A stretch of DNA of 64,000 nt from the NCBI GenBank assembly GCA_964016885.1, contig OZ024758.1:17112001-17176000 (forward strand). The letters run 5' to 3'. The notes beneath the pieces are model-generated. The model searched no databases. It had not been told where the DNA came from and was given only the letters and a program-made list of their open reading frames with translations. Positions 37,997-52,496 of the stretch are shown piece after piece (within the stretch, counting starts at the first letter, position 1; each line of letters opens with the position of its first letter). The position numbers and the translations under genes were made by a program. Origin of the DNA: Eledone cirrhosa. Taxonomy: Eukaryota.

Positions 37997-38057
37997 TTTT
38001 ATTTACCAGTGGTTTCTTGAAAGCAAACAAATTTCGCTTTCAGTCATCAGAATGAAA
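37997..38057 (-). ncRNA. Minimal type I hammerhead ribozyme
   Basis: TTTCATT-CTGATGA-C-TGAAAGCGAA-ATTTG-TTTGCTTTCA-A-GAA-ACCACTGGT-A-AATAAAA: 10-bp helix II and GUA triplet. Confidence 0.7.
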
Positions 38058-39053
38058 AAATCCTGGTGTATTTATTGACATTGGATTTTAAAAACAAAAA
38101 TATAATCTATATGAAAGTGAGGCTGGAAAAGGAAGAATGAAAGGAAAAATAAACACACATGCACATACACACACACACACACAATTACATACACATATAT
38201 ACACATACATATACACATATATATTCATATACATGCATACATACACATATACATACACGTACACATACACATACATATACATACACACACACATATATAT
38301 CAACATATCCATACATACACATACACACAAACACACACACACACACACATGTATATATATATACATACACATAATCATACATATATACACACGTACATAC
38401 ACACACATACACACATATATACACGCATACATACGCATACACAAATATAGATATGTGTACACACACCTACATACGCACGCACACAATTAATTATAAGAAA
38501 AAATATAATAATAAAAATACTGTCATATCATCATCATCATCATCGTTTAACGTCCATCTACCATGCCTGCATCGTGGATCGTAGTTGTCTCCCCTTCCCG
38601 CTTAGTGACGCTATAATACTTCCTCAGTCAAAAACTGCTGGAATTTCAAATTTGCCGGTCATTCGATGTGGGAAGGAGCAACTTAACGGACACAATTTTT
38701 AACTGTGGTAAGAAATGTTTTTCTTATATCAAAGTTTATTGGGCTTCCACTGATGATTTATAAGCACCCACCTAAATATATTCTTACATGAATGTATATT
38801 AGGCTTCTACATAAACTGGAGAATATTTTCTCCGAATTTGTAGAAAACTTATAATGAAACAATTGTTTGGAAAGAGAGATATATTTTAACTTTAATTATA
38901 TATCATAAAATAATACAACTGGCTTTTCCACATAATACATATTGTTAGCTCCCCAAACACTTGAATTGGGTTTATATTAAAATATAACCTAATGTTTGTT
39001 GAGTGAGATGGTTACCAGTCAGAGATTAGCTTTAAACTATCTCTGTTATTGTA

Positions 39054-39095
<42 letters not shown>

Positions 39096-39149
39096 TATAT
39101 AGTGGTGAGCAATGATAAAAATATATATATACAAACTTCACGTTTCTAA

Positions 39150-39712
39150 ACATAATTGTTTCTACTTTAGGCACAGGGCCAGCAATTACCCAGTACATTA
39201 CTGGTACTTTATTTTATCAACCCCATATATATATATAATAACTGTTTCTACTTTTGACACAAGGCCAGCAAATACCCAGTACATTACTGGTACTTTATTT
39301 TATCAACCCCATATATATATATAATAATTGTTTCTACTTTAGGCACAAGGCCAGCAATTATCCAGTACATTACTGGTACTTTATTTTATCGACCCCCGTA
39401 AGGATGAAAGGCAAAGTTAACCTTGGCGGGATTTGAACTCAGATCATACAGGGAGGTAACTCTATGCTGGAAAGCATGGCATCCGACCCTCTACCGATAC
39501 TGCCAATTCACCACCTTTCAAAACATAATTGTTTCTACTTTTGGCACAAGGCCAGCAATTACCCAGTGCATTACTGGTACTTTATTTTATCGACCCCGTA
39601 AGGATGAAAGGCAAAGTCAACCTCGGCGGGATTTGAACTCAGATCGTAAAGGGACGTAACTATGCTGGAAAGCATGGCGTCCGACCCTCTACCGATACTG
39701 CCAATCCACCAC
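39150..39712 (-). mobile_element. Tandem pile-up of SINE family 3: two full copies and two tail fragments
   Basis: Repeated ttgtttctacttt(a/t)g(g/a)caca(a/g)ggccagcaa tails, with ctttcaaaacataat duplicated around the last copy. Confidence 0.85.
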
Positions 39713-39888
39713 CTTTCAAAACATAATGCAACTTTAACATGTCTTAATATTTTTTTCTTGCTGTGTTTTGTTAGACTTGAAAACAAATAGTGACGAGATT
39801 ATATCATGAGAGTCCAAGAACAAAATTAGGATAAAAGGTATATTTAACATATATATAGAGAGATATAGAGATAGATTGATGCATATTC

Positions 39889-39921
<33 letters not shown>

Positions 39922-39932
39922 TACATATACAA

Positions 39933-39976
<44 letters not shown>

Positions 39977-40212
39977 GTAGAGATACATATACTAGTATAT
40001 GTATATATATGTATATACATATATATACATATGTAGAGATACATATACTAGTATATATATATATGTATATAAATATATATACATATGTAGAGATACATAT
40101 ACTAGTATATATATATATACATATATATACATATATATATGTATATACATATATATATATATACATATATATATGTATATACATATATATATATATATAC
40201 ATGGTATATATA

Positions 40213-40251
<39 letters not shown>

Positions 40252-40393
40252 GGTATATATATGTACATATATATATATATATGTATATACATATATATAT
40301 ATGTGTGTATATACATATATATACATATATATGTGTGTATATATATATATAGATAGATATGTATATATATATGTATGTATGTATATATGTCTC

Positions 40394-40447
<54 letters not shown>

Positions 40448-41092
40448 TGTATATATGTATCTAAATATATATGTTTATATATATTTATATATATATATAT
40501 TTTTTTATACATATCTAAATATTTTTATATATATATATATATTTATATATATATACATAAATAAATATATATATATATATATATATACATAACCCATGCC
40601 ATGATGGAAAAATGGATGATGATGATAATATATATATATATTTATATATATATATATATTTATATAATATATATATATATATATATATAATGCTCCACAT
40701 TTTTAGTACCTGGTACATCTCTATATCATTGTATTTAGATTTTAGGTCAGCTGTTCTTTCATTCTAAGTTGACAATGGACCAATCAAGAATAAGCAATTT
40801 TATAAACCAAACTACAACACAACAAAACAACGTTTCTCATTCTTTGCTTACCTTAGTTGTTTTGTCAAGATTTACTTGACATAATCTATATGTGATATAT
40901 ATAATGTCTCATTTTATATTCTTGAATTCTTGTAATCTCTAAGGTAATCCAGATATAGTGAAATGTGAAAGAAAATATCTAGAGAAAAAGAACCGTTTCA
41001 ACTGAGAAATACTTTCCATCCATCTACTCGTCGTTATATGTCATTTTTGTTTTGTTCATTATAAATACATACATGCATACATGCATATATAC

Positions 41093-41500
41093 ATGGTGGC
41101 TGCCAACTCGTTTTCGAGTTCGGCCACTACTTTATATCCATGTAGGAGAACCCCTACCGATGCGCTGAACAAGTGTGACTTTTTAGTCCATCCAGCGACT
41201 TGAAAACTCTGGTACAAACACTACACTTGTGACAATTATTGACACATAGTGCTGGGCCCATGGTACCATGTGACGACAAGTGCAGAGAGATCTCCAGATA
41301 TAAAGCAATTCCTGTGCCGTGAAGCTTTTATAGTGAGCAAAGGCACTGCACAAAGCCAGTCCCACTCTCTTAACCAAGATGATATTTACCAAAAAGAAGA
41401 ACAAGTCAACATCATTGGATACCATCAGGGTTGCAGGTGTTATATCAGAGTTTTCCTTCTCCTAGAATTCTGCCCTGACAAAGGCTAAGGGGGTCATCTC
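41093..41500. mobile_element. Unclassified repeat family, three copies sharing one exact end
   Basis: Near-identical to 42052-42364 (+) and 3650-3919 (-). All share the terminus atggtggctgccaactcgttt and vary at the other end. Confidence 0.8.
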
Positions 41501-41718
41501 TCATATATACATATATGCATATATACATACAAGCATACATACATATGTGCATATATACATATATACATACAAGCATGCATACATACATGCATATATACAT
41601 ATATACATATATGCATATATACATACAAGCATGCATACATTCATGCATATATACATATATACATATATGCATATATACATAGAAGCATGCATACATACAT
41701 GCATATATACATATATTT

Positions 41719-42027
41719 CTACGGACCATTGATGAGGAGTTTACAAATCCAGTATCCAAGATACACCTTTAGCTTCATACCCATCATTAATGGAGCTACG
41801 GGTTATATACCAACCTGCTTGGACCAAAGTATGACTGAACTTGGATTTGCGGACAAAAAGCGCAGCTCCCTTATTCATAGTCTACAAATGGCTACGATAG
41901 CGGGCCCCTTCAAAATTTGCAAAACATTCTTGCGATTCAAGGGATGACAATTTGTTTTCTTTTACAACCTTGCCACCAGGAAGGTGGCTGGTCAAAAAAA
42001 TGTACTCGAAATTAAATAGAAAGAGAT
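41719..42027 (+). mobile_element. 3' end of a restriction-like-endonuclease (R4/NeSL-group) non-LTR retrotransposon
   Basis: YGPLMRSLQIQYPRYTFSFIPIINGATGYIPTCL...LGF...LQMATIAGPFKICKTFLRFKG* resembles the KY..L....iPiiiGa.G.ip...lq...i.g...i...fl C-terminus of RLE-clade ORFs. It has a short 3' UTR and sits in a microsatellite. Confidence 0.65.
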
Positions 42028-42773
42028 ATATATTCATATATGCATATATTCATGGTGGCTGCCAACTCGTTTTCGAGTACGGCCACTACTTTATACCCAT
42101 GTAGGAGAACCCCTACCGATGCGCTAAACCAGTGTGACTTTTTAGTCCAGCCAGCGACTTGAAAACTCTGGTACAAACACTACACTTGTGACAATCATTG
42201 ACACATAGTGCTAGGCCCATGGTACCATCTGACGACAAGTGCAGAGAGATCTCAAGATATAAAGCAATGCCTGTGCCGTGAAGCTTTTATAGTGAGCAAA
42301 GGCACTGCACAAAGCCAGTCCTACTCTCTTAACCAAGATGATATTTACCAAAAAGAAGAACAAATATTCATATATTCATACAAGCATGCATACATACATG
42401 CATATATACATATAAACATATATGCATATATACATACAAGCATACATATATACATATATGTATATATGTTTACAAGCATGCATACATACATGCATATATA
42501 CATACACGCATGCATATATACATATAAACATATATGCATATATACATACAAGCTTGTATACAGACATGCATATATACATAAATACATACATACACACATA
42601 TATATATATATACATATACAAGCATGCATACATACATGCATTCATACATATATACATACATCTTATATAGATACATACAAACAAACAAACATACATACAC
42701 AGATGCATACAAACATGCATATATAAATACATACATAAAAACTTAAACCAATACACACACATATGTATATGTT

Positions 42774-42819
<46 letters not shown>

Positions 42820-42979
42820 TATATATATATATATATTTGGACATACATATATATGTATATATTCTAACCTATTCAGTAATTTGGTCGATTCCTGGTGATG
42901 GTATCTATTATCCATTCTACTACCCCAGATATCGCGTACTCTGGTGGATTATGGTCTACCTGGTTTTTACCACACCCTA

Positions 42980-43024
<45 letters not shown>

Positions 43025-43025
<1 letters not shown>

Positions 43026-43865
43026 GAGGTGTGTCAGAAAAGTTCCAGGACTGATGTCACAAAAGATTTATTTCAAACCCAAACTTCACACTAAGAGTTT
43101 TCTCCTTCAAAGTAATCCCCCTGGATTATGTAACTGTAATCTTAGCTCTCTGCAGCGATCAAACTTTTTCTTCATAATTGTATATACATGTCCTCTGTTT
43201 CAGGTCATCAAGCAATGAGCACAGAGGAACGAACAAACTTGAAGTTTCTGGTACGGTTGGGGAAATCTCCGTCAGAAGCACTGGGATTGCTGCAGCAAGT
43301 GTATGGAGATGAGACGATGTCACGCTCACGTGTTTTTGAGTGGTGCAAGAGGTTTAAAGAAGGACGTGAGGACGTGGAAGATGACCTCAGGAGTGGAAGG
43401 CCCTCAACAACCAGGACTAAGGTCAACGTTGAGCGCGTCAGGCAGATGGTGCATAGCAATCATCGGCTGACTGTTCGACTGATGGCAAATGAGCTGGGCA
43501 TGAATCGGGACAGCGTCTGGAAGATTTGGACATGCGGAAAGTCTGTGCGAAGATGGTGCCAAAACTGCTGAACGATGACCAGAAGGGTCGACGCATGCAA
43601 GTGTGCCAGTACATCCTCGAGCATCTTGAAACTGAACCAGACTTGCTAGGGACAGTCATCACCGGTGATGAGTCATGGATCTTCGAGTACGACCCAGAGA
43701 GGACCCATTTTGAAGACGTGGACGACATCAAAAAGGCCATGACTACGGAACTGCGGAGGATCCCGGAAGATTATTTCCAGGAGTGCATGCAAGCATGGCA
43801 GAAAAGGATGGAAAAGTGCATTAGACTCCAGGGGGATTACTTTGAAGGAGAAAACTCTTAGTGTG
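43025..43865 (+). mobile_element. mariner-family DNA transposon, internally deleted and frameshifted transposase
   Basis: Starts TA-CGAGGTGTGTCAGAAAAGTT (mariner-type end). The protein has RVFEWCKRFKEGREDVEDDLRSGRP, KVCAKMVPKLL, TGDESWIFEYDPE, then jumps to the C-terminus ...GDYFEG. The second and third catalytic Asp region is deleted, with a frameshift near 43525. No right TIR was seen. Confidence 0.93.
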
Positions 43866-45851
43866 AAGTTTTATATATTTATCATATATCATCATCATCG
43901 TTTAATGTCCATCTTTCATGCTACCATGGGTTTGGACAGTTTTGTCCTACTTTAGGTGAGATTGGTTGGGAGACTGTGTCTCACTTATAAAGAACTGTCT
44001 GTGGTAGGTTTTCTATGGCTTGTTGCCCTTCTCGTAACTCCTGTGCGTGTTGTAGTGTCTCCTGTATTTTTTAAACCTTGCAGAGCCCATCTCCTCTCCA
44101 GGTGTGAATGCAGCAGATTCTTCCAAGAAGGATAGAGAGAGTGAGAGAATGGAAATGAGAAAGAGATGTAGAGGAAGATTCGGCCCCAAAACCTTCTTGC
44201 ACAATACACATTAAGAAATATGGAGATAGGATGTGTAACTTAACCATTCCTCATCATAATTGTTTAACGTCTATCTTCCACGTTAGCATGGGCTAGATGA
44301 TCAATTGTCCCACTTGAAGTAAGATTGATCGGGTGACCATATCTTGCTCATATAAGACTGTATCTGGCAGGTTTTCTATGGCTGGATGCCCTTCCTAACA
44401 CTAACCACATTTACAGTGTGGACTGGGTGCTTTTTTACCATGTCTCCTACATGACCACTTTACAGTGTGGACTGCATGTATTTTTGTCGTGACACCTACA
44501 CAACCTCTTTAGTTTGGACTGGATGTAGTGGTATGTATATGAAATCTGTTTTAACTAAAAGTAGAAGTGTATTTAAATTAATCTAAATAAATCTAAATAA
44601 ATAACATCTGGTTTGAAAGATGCCATTTGCTTTTGTCTCTGTAGTGATTGCTATTCTGTTAAATGTATTTCTCCCTCCCCTTGAGTGTAACACTTAAAAA
44701 TAAAATCCATGAGAAATGTGCATATTCTTGCCAGTAGAAAAGTGAACAAAATTCACCAACAAAGAATATGATCAAGTGAATGAATGCCACCAGCAAAATA
44801 CAAAAGCCCCAATTGTTGTCTGCAACACAAATGTTTTATTTGAATAGGAATAGCAAAGAAACAAATATTGATACTTAAAGAATTTTTATTTTTAAATACA
44901 ATAACAACAACAGCAACAATGAAATAAAAGAAACATCCCATTCATTTAAAAAAGAAAAACATAACAACAAAAAAACAAAACCAAATCAAAACAAAACAAA
45001 AAAAAAAAGAGATTTTTATAACCTGAGGCTGTGATGAATATTATTAACTTTTGAAAACAATATCAAACATGGTGTTTTGAAAGATGGAGAAAGGCTATTA
45101 GAATATTAATGAAATAAAATAAATATACAATTTTTTCCCCCTTTACAAACCTTCGTCGGAACAATATCTCCTATTTTTGTTTCAATTAAAATACTTTATA
45201 TAGAAATAAATATGCAACAAATGCATCACTTTCTAACAAAAATTAATATTATAAATACAAACTAAGCAGGGAGAATTTACTGGAACAAAAGCTTTTTGGT
45301 AGTCATCCTCATATTGATGGGAATATTTTAGCTATATGTTGCAGGTGAATGAAAATATTTTTAATTAGGAAAGTATAAAGCCTAGTAATTAGGATGTTGG
45401 ACTTAGGAGCATAAGATTGTGGGTTGAATTTTCAAATTATGTAATGAATTCTGTCCTTGAGCAAAACACTTCATTACTTGTTGCTTCAGTTCACTCAGTT
45501 GAAAATGAGTACTAGTAGCAGCTGTGAGTTAAACTAGTATCCCATCCAAAACACACTCTTGCAGTCTTAGTCACTTAACAAACCCAAAACGCAAATATAT
45601 TTTGGGTATATTCCAACCCATTGGATTAACATACAAGGGAAGGAAAGGACTTGGAAGTTTCCATTTCCAACTATGGGGAAAGAAGTCAGACATAAAGGAC
45701 GAGAAAGTCATGACCCAGAAGGAAGTAAGGCACCAGGAATAGGACAGAAATAAAGAGCTGCAGAACTAGTATCCCAAGGGGCCTGGACTAAATGGGACCA
45801 TCTTGCTTGGGGGTCTACCCATGGGTCTTCTGTCAGTTGGTTTTATCCATA

Positions 45852-46710
45852 AAATCTGTCCAGCAATTCTTTCCTTAGATGTTCTAACCACATGCCCATA
45901 GTATTGGAGCTGTGATCTCTCAATTCAAAGAAGTAGCAGCTCTACCTGGAGGGACTCTCTGACCTCCGAGCTATAAATCTGTCCAGTGATTCTATCCTGA
46001 GACATTCTAACCACATGCCCATACTAAAAACTGTGATCTCTCACTTCGGAGAAGTAGCAGCTCTTCCTGGAGTGACTCTCTGATATCCAAGCTACAAATC
46101 TGTCCAGCAATTCTTTCCTGAGACATTCTAACCACATGCCTATAGTATCGGAGCTGTGATATCTCAATTCAAAGAAATAGCAGCTCTACCTGGAGTGACT
46201 CTTTGATATCCAAGCTACAAATCTGTCCAGTGATTCTTTCCTGAGACATTCTAACCATATGCCCATAGTATCAGAGCTGTTATCTCTCAATTTAGAGAAG
46301 TAGTGACTCTACCTGGAGTGACTCTCTGATATCCAAGCTACAAATCTGTCCAGCAATTCTTTCCTGAGACATTATAACCACATGCCTATAGTATCGGAGC
46401 TGTGATATCTCAATTCAAAGAAGTAGCAGCTCTACCTGGAGTGACTCTCTGATATCCAAGCTACAAATCTGTCCAGCAATTCTTTCCTGAGACATTCTAA
46501 CCATATGCCTATAGTATCAGAGCTGTGATCTCTCAATTCAAAGAAGTAGCAGCTCTACCTGGAGTGACTCTTTGATATCCAAGCTACAAATCTGTCCAGT
46601 GATTCTTTCCTGAGACATTCTAACCATATGTCCATAGTATCAGAGCTGTTATCTCTCAATTTAGAGAAGTAGTGACTCTACCTGCATTGACTCTCTGATC
46701 TCCAATTTAT
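45852..46710. repeat. Seven-copy 123-bp tandem array derived from RTE coding sequence
   Basis: aaatctgtcc recurs at 45852, 45975, 46096, 46219, 46342, 46465 and 46588. The minus strand reads LDIRESLQVELLLL*IEISQLRYYRHVVRMSQERIAGQI. Confidence 0.92.
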
Positions 46711-48664
46711 AAACTTTATCGAGTAACGTTACTCCAAAAACCCTTTGGCGAAACCCCATTCCAATTAGTTATTTTACTAAATCACTCAAAATTATCATGT
46801 ATTTCATTATAAAAATAGTAACAAAATGGTACTAGAAAGAGTGTAGACTACAAATCTGGTTCTCGAAAACTCTTAAATTTGAAATGTGCTGTTGTTAAAT
46901 ATTTACATTATTGAAAAATTTCCATTCAATTAAATCTTATAACAAAATTTATTATTGTAGTCATGTGAAAGGATAAATATTGAGGAAAATTTCATGTTTA
47001 ACATCTTTACTGATGATGTTTTTATAGCTCACAACTGTGTAGGTTGTATCTCATAGAGAATTTCTTGGGTGTTTTGATGATTTTCACAGAACTAAATGCT
47101 GCGTGAATGCCAATAAATGAAACAGAGACAAATACACACCCCCACAAATACACACACACATAATTGCTTCTACTTTAGGCACAGGGCCAGCAATTACCCA
47201 GTGCATTACTGGTACTTTATTTTATCGACTCCGTAAGGATGAAAGTCACAGTCAACCTCGGCGGGATTTGAACTCAGATCGTAAGGGGACGCAACTATGC
47301 TAAAAAGCATGGCGTCCAACCCTCTACCGATACTGCCAATCCACACACACATAATGATATATATATACAATGTGCTTTGACAGTTTCTTTTGACCAAATT
47401 CCTTCATAAGTTATTGCTCAGCCAAAGGTGTCATGTAGTATAACAAATTCTAATTTAAGCACAAGGCCAGCAATTTATGGAGAGAGTAAAGTCGATTATA
47501 TTAACACCAGTAAATTACTGGTAATTCATTTAATTTACCTCAGAAGGATGAAAGGTGAAGTTGACCTTGGTGGAATTTGAATTCAGAATATTAACAGATA
47601 TAAATAAATGACAAACTATTTCCCCCAACTCTAACAATTCTCAAATTCTTTATGCTGTATAATGGTTTTAGATTTAGATACAAGGCCAGTAAAGTCTGGG
47701 GAAAGGGAAAGTCGATTAAATCGACCCCAGTACATTACTGGTGCTTTATTTTATCGACCCTGTAGGAATGAAAGGCAAAGCTAACCTCAGTGAGATTTGA
47801 ACTCCGAACATAAAGGTACCTAACTATGCTACAACACATGTTGTCTGATGCTCTACTGATTCTGCCAATCCACTGCGCTAATACTAAGAGAAATAATGGA
47901 AGTAACAGTAATATTAGTATTAAGGGATTCATGTCATAAATTAGTTCTAAGCGAGAGATGAGGTAGTCTAAATAGCACACATAACATGAATTTACCCCAG
48001 GGCATTACTGGTACTTTATTTTATCAACCCCGTAAGGATGAAAGGTAAAGCTAACCTTGGCAGGATCTGAACTCAGAACATAAAGGTACTTAACTATATG
48101 CAGCAAAACCGTTGTCTGACACTCTACCAACACTGCCCTATCATGCAGTATAATAAAACCTAAATCATAAGGTCGCAAACAAAACCTCTTAAACACACTA
48201 CCATGCCTACATCTTGTGAATTCAGACATACAATACTACTGCCTGTTCTCTATCTAACCATCTATTCTATTCTCTTTCTTAATTGTTCTACTGCTCTCTT
48301 TGTATTTTTAACTATAGATTCTTGCTTGCAGAGCAAATTTTTCTAGAGATTATCGTCTGATATTTTGCCTGCCAACTAATGAAGTAAACAAACCAGCCAT
48401 TATAGATAACGGTTATTTTGTTTATTGCTACTATATTCTTTGTTTCGGTGCATAGTTGATTTGAGAAACACCATTCCCATGTGTTTTTATGTCTAAATAG
48501 TCTTTACAAATACTTTAGATTTCAAAACTATTATATTCTGTATCTGACTTACTTCTGCATTGCATTCTTCAGAGCACAAACGTAAACTATCAATATAATA
48601 TATACTTGGTGAATATTTAATGGTGAATAAAGTTTTAAGTTAGTATATATATATATATATATAC

Positions 48665-49210
48665 TAGTATCTAGAATAAGGATGGGTTGGAAGAAGTTTA
48701 GGGAGCTGCTTCCTCTGTTGACAAAGAAGGGTTTCTCCCTGCGTACGAAAGGCTGGTTATATGATGCCTGTGTGAGATACGCGGTGCTGCATGGTAGTGA
48801 AAGATGGGCAGCAACTGCGGAGGATATGCGATAGCTGCAGAGAAATGAAGCCAGCATGCTCCGTTGGATGTGCAATGCCACTGTGCGTGAACGACCAAGC
48901 ATGGATGTGTTGAGAGGGAAACTGGGTATAAGAGGGATAAGTTGTGGTGTGCAGGAGAGAAGACTGCGTTGGTATGGACATGTGATGTGCATGGAGGATG
49001 ACCGCTGGGTAAAGAAGTGCCAAGAAATACCAGTAGAAGGAAGACGCAGTAGAGGAAGACCACGAAAAACATGGGCAGAGGTGGTGAGAGCAGATCTCAA
49101 ATCGCTGAAACTCACGGAGGAGATGACGAAGGACCGTGACAAGCGGAAAGGGCCTATCCCACCCTTGCAAGCAGGGAAAAGTGGACATAAAATGATGATG
49201 AGGATGATGA
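48665..49210 (+). mobile_element. RTE subfamily A-like 3' fragment
   Basis: Encodes MLRWMCN...RRLRWYGHVM...GRPRKTW and carries the shared tail cccacccttgcaagcagggaaaag. Confidence 0.9.
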
Positions 49211-50097
49211 TATATATATATATATATAGGAAAAGAGTCAGGACCCCGATGGCTGAGCTCCGGCCATTTCGACAGCTAGATTCAAATGTTTGGATCTAAC
49301 AGTTGAAACGGCCGGAGCTCAGTCGTCAGGGTCCCGACTCTTTTCCTGTTACCCACTCTACTACCCTAAGTATAGAGTACTCTGGTGCATTATGGTCCAC
49401 CTGGTTCCTTACCACACTTTCTTTGTTATATATATATATATATATATATTCCAGAAGACCCGACTGCCCCTGCATACAAACTTACAGTCATTAGACACCT
49501 CTTACCCTAATATACACCCCACCCACACACCCTACCCCCTCCTCCCTTTTCTGGTCTGTCCTCTGTGTCGATGACACAACAGTCCACACTTTAAGATGGT
49601 CATGTAGGAGACAGGAAAAAGGCTCCCAGTCCACACTGTAAATGTGGTTGGTGTTAGGAAGGGCATCCAGCCGTAGGCAACCTGCCAGAGACAGTTCTGT
49701 ACGAGCGAGCATCGGTCTCCTGAGCATTCCCACATCAAATGGAACAAAACCATCTAACCCATGCTAGCGTGGAAGATGGACGTTAAACAAAGATGATGAT
49801 GTTGATGATGATGATATATTCCAAGTTAGATTTAATAGGTTTTTTTTTTTAGTTTTACTGGAAATGATCTTTCCAGCTTATGCTAGCATTGTTAAGCATA
49901 CATATAAGGATGATATACATGTTTTCCTCTTCCTACTCCCTATCAAGATCACCACTAGCACTACCACCACCATCAGGGTAGACCTCAAGCAAGATGATTG
50001 AATAAGATCCATGAGCCTCATCAGTTTATGACAGGACCAGCTGGGGGGGGGGGGGGTTGAAGACTCACCCCCTACAACCCTCTCAAGAATATGTGAG

Positions 50098-50388
50098 CAA
50101 AAAAAGAAGAAGAAAAAGAAGACAACAATGAAGAAGAAGAAGAAAAAGATGAAAAAAAGAAGAAGGAGACAACGAAGGATAAGAAGAAGAAAAAGAAGAA
50201 AAAGAAGAAAAAGAAGAAAAAGAAGAAAAAGAAGAAAAAGAAGAAAAAGAAGAAAAAGAAGAAAAAGAAGAAGAATAAGAAGGAAAAGAAGAAGAAGAAG
50301 AAGGAGACAACGAAGGAGAAGAAGAAGTAGAAGAAGAAGAAGAGGAAGAAGAAGAAGACAACAAAGGAGAAGACAACACAGAAGAAGG
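50098..50388. repeat. (GAA)n/(AAAAGAAGA)n array forming the tail of a subfamily C LINE fragment
   Basis: Preceded by 49978-50097, which matches the 3' end of 55718-56202. Confidence 0.85.
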
Positions 50389-52450
50389 ATTTTAGATAAA
50401 TATAAGAGACAAGGGACAAATTCAGGCAGTATAATATCAACAGGGTTAAACATATTTACAAATTCACATTTATTACAAAGTACCAGAAAGTAAATGTTGA
50501 TAACAGAAATCATTTGTTTATAAACTGTCAGAAAGTAAAATGAAAATTCATAACTTGGGAGATTTTTTTTATTCTTTGTCAAAAAAAATCTATGAATAAT
50601 GTAAAACAATGACTTAACGTGTTACCTGCAATGATAATGAAGCAAACTATTATTACTTGCACAGATATAAAAAAAATATTTCTCCAGAGTATTCTATCCT
50701 AGACAAATTTATATTACTAGTTTAGTTGAATAAAGTAAATATTTCAGTTTTAGAATTATATATACTCTATATATGTACCCTTCCTCCTACTTCTTCTACC
50801 TCATCTCCCACCTCATCCTTCCCCCTCTCTCTCACAGACATACAATTTATACTACTAGTTTAGATGAATAAATTAAATATTTTAGTCTTAGAATTATATA
50901 CTGTCTATATATGTATCTCTTCCTCCTCCTCCTCAGCATTTAAACCATCTGTATCCGCCAGAATTCTCTCCCCTCTTTCTGTTCAGACTGGCTGTAACTG
51001 GCCACTTATACTGATGTTAAGGTATTGTTCTCAAATGAAATAACATCAAAATCTCATACATTCGATACTACGTGAGAGAAAGCCTTTACCGTAAAAAGAT
51101 AATTGTTTCTACTTTTGGCAGAAGGCCAGCAATTATCCCAGTGCATTACTGGTACTTTATTTTATTGACCCCGTAAGGATGAAAGGCAAAGTTAACCTCG
51201 AGCAGGATTTGAACTCGGATCATAAAGGGCCTCTACAGGGCAATCGCCCACCCACTTTGGGGTGGGTGAGATATGTCTTATCTTGTGAAAATGGGTAGAG
51301 CTTTTATTATATAAAATCTCCCCATTTTGTCTCATTTCTCCCCATTTTGTAGCATTTTTTTTTTGCGGTACCCCCCCCCCCCCCCCCCCGTTTGAGTTTT
51401 TAGAGTGTGGCTAGTATGCATCCTATCCAAGTGCTCAGAACTAAGTTTTATAGAATTCTTGCTCTCCTTACTCATACTAAGGCATTTGTCTTTCTTGCAT
51501 TCTGCAGTCAACTTCTCATATACTCAACTTTTCTCTCACTTCACTTCTGTTTTTAGAGGTTAGCAGGTCTGATAATAGTAAATATAGAGTCATGTAACTG
51601 CTAAAGTGTTAAATTGAGTAACCCTTTTACTTTTAACTAAAAATTTGTATGTAGCCTTGTGATGAATTGAGAAGAGAAGGAATCAACAGTAGAAAATACT
51701 TAAATAAATATGTAGTGGCATCAAACCTGACAACAGAAGCTTGCAAAGCAAACTTGTTAACCACTACAATCATGCTTATACCATTTATCCATTACTATAT
51801 ATTACAGAATATTTTTGAAGCTGCAAACGCAATTCTGCATTATTGATGCATATCCCATTCTATTGTTGTTGCCACAGTTTTCATTTAGTCATTTAGTACC
51901 ATAAATCTTGATTCAGCATTGGTTTTATTGGCATGAGTTAGCACTTATTGTAGCAGTTATTACAGTCAAGTATAGTAAGAGTTGTCCTTGTTACTATTTC
52001 TCCACTGGCTGGCTGGCTGGCCAACAGTGAAAATATATTAAACTACATATATACTTACATAGAGGACATAGAAAAGACTTTGTAACCAGTGGAGCATAAA
52101 ACAGTAGTGAAAGTTTCCTTCACATGATAATCATATATATATATATAGTTATTTATATATATATATATTACATATATATATATTACATATATATATATAT
52201 AATATATATATATATAAAATATAAATATATATATATATATTTTATATATATATATTTTATATATATTATATATATATTATATATATTTTATATATATATA
52301 TATAATATATATATGTAGGTGTATCTATGCACCACCGTAATAATGATGTGCATATATATCTCTGACCTCATAGATGCATAATTATATGCACCATCATAAT
52401 CATCATCACCTTCATAGCAAATACTATATATATGTGTGTATATGCATATA

Positions 52451-52496
<46 letters not shown>

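Noticed and set aside
41094-41130. HDV-like ribozyme at the start of the unclassified repeat
   Set aside because: Only a simple hairpin is visible, not the nested double pseudoknot.
50128-50493. Arg/Lys-rich protamine-like ORF
   Set aside because: It is the (GAA)n tail expansion of a LINE fragment and lacks any gene context.
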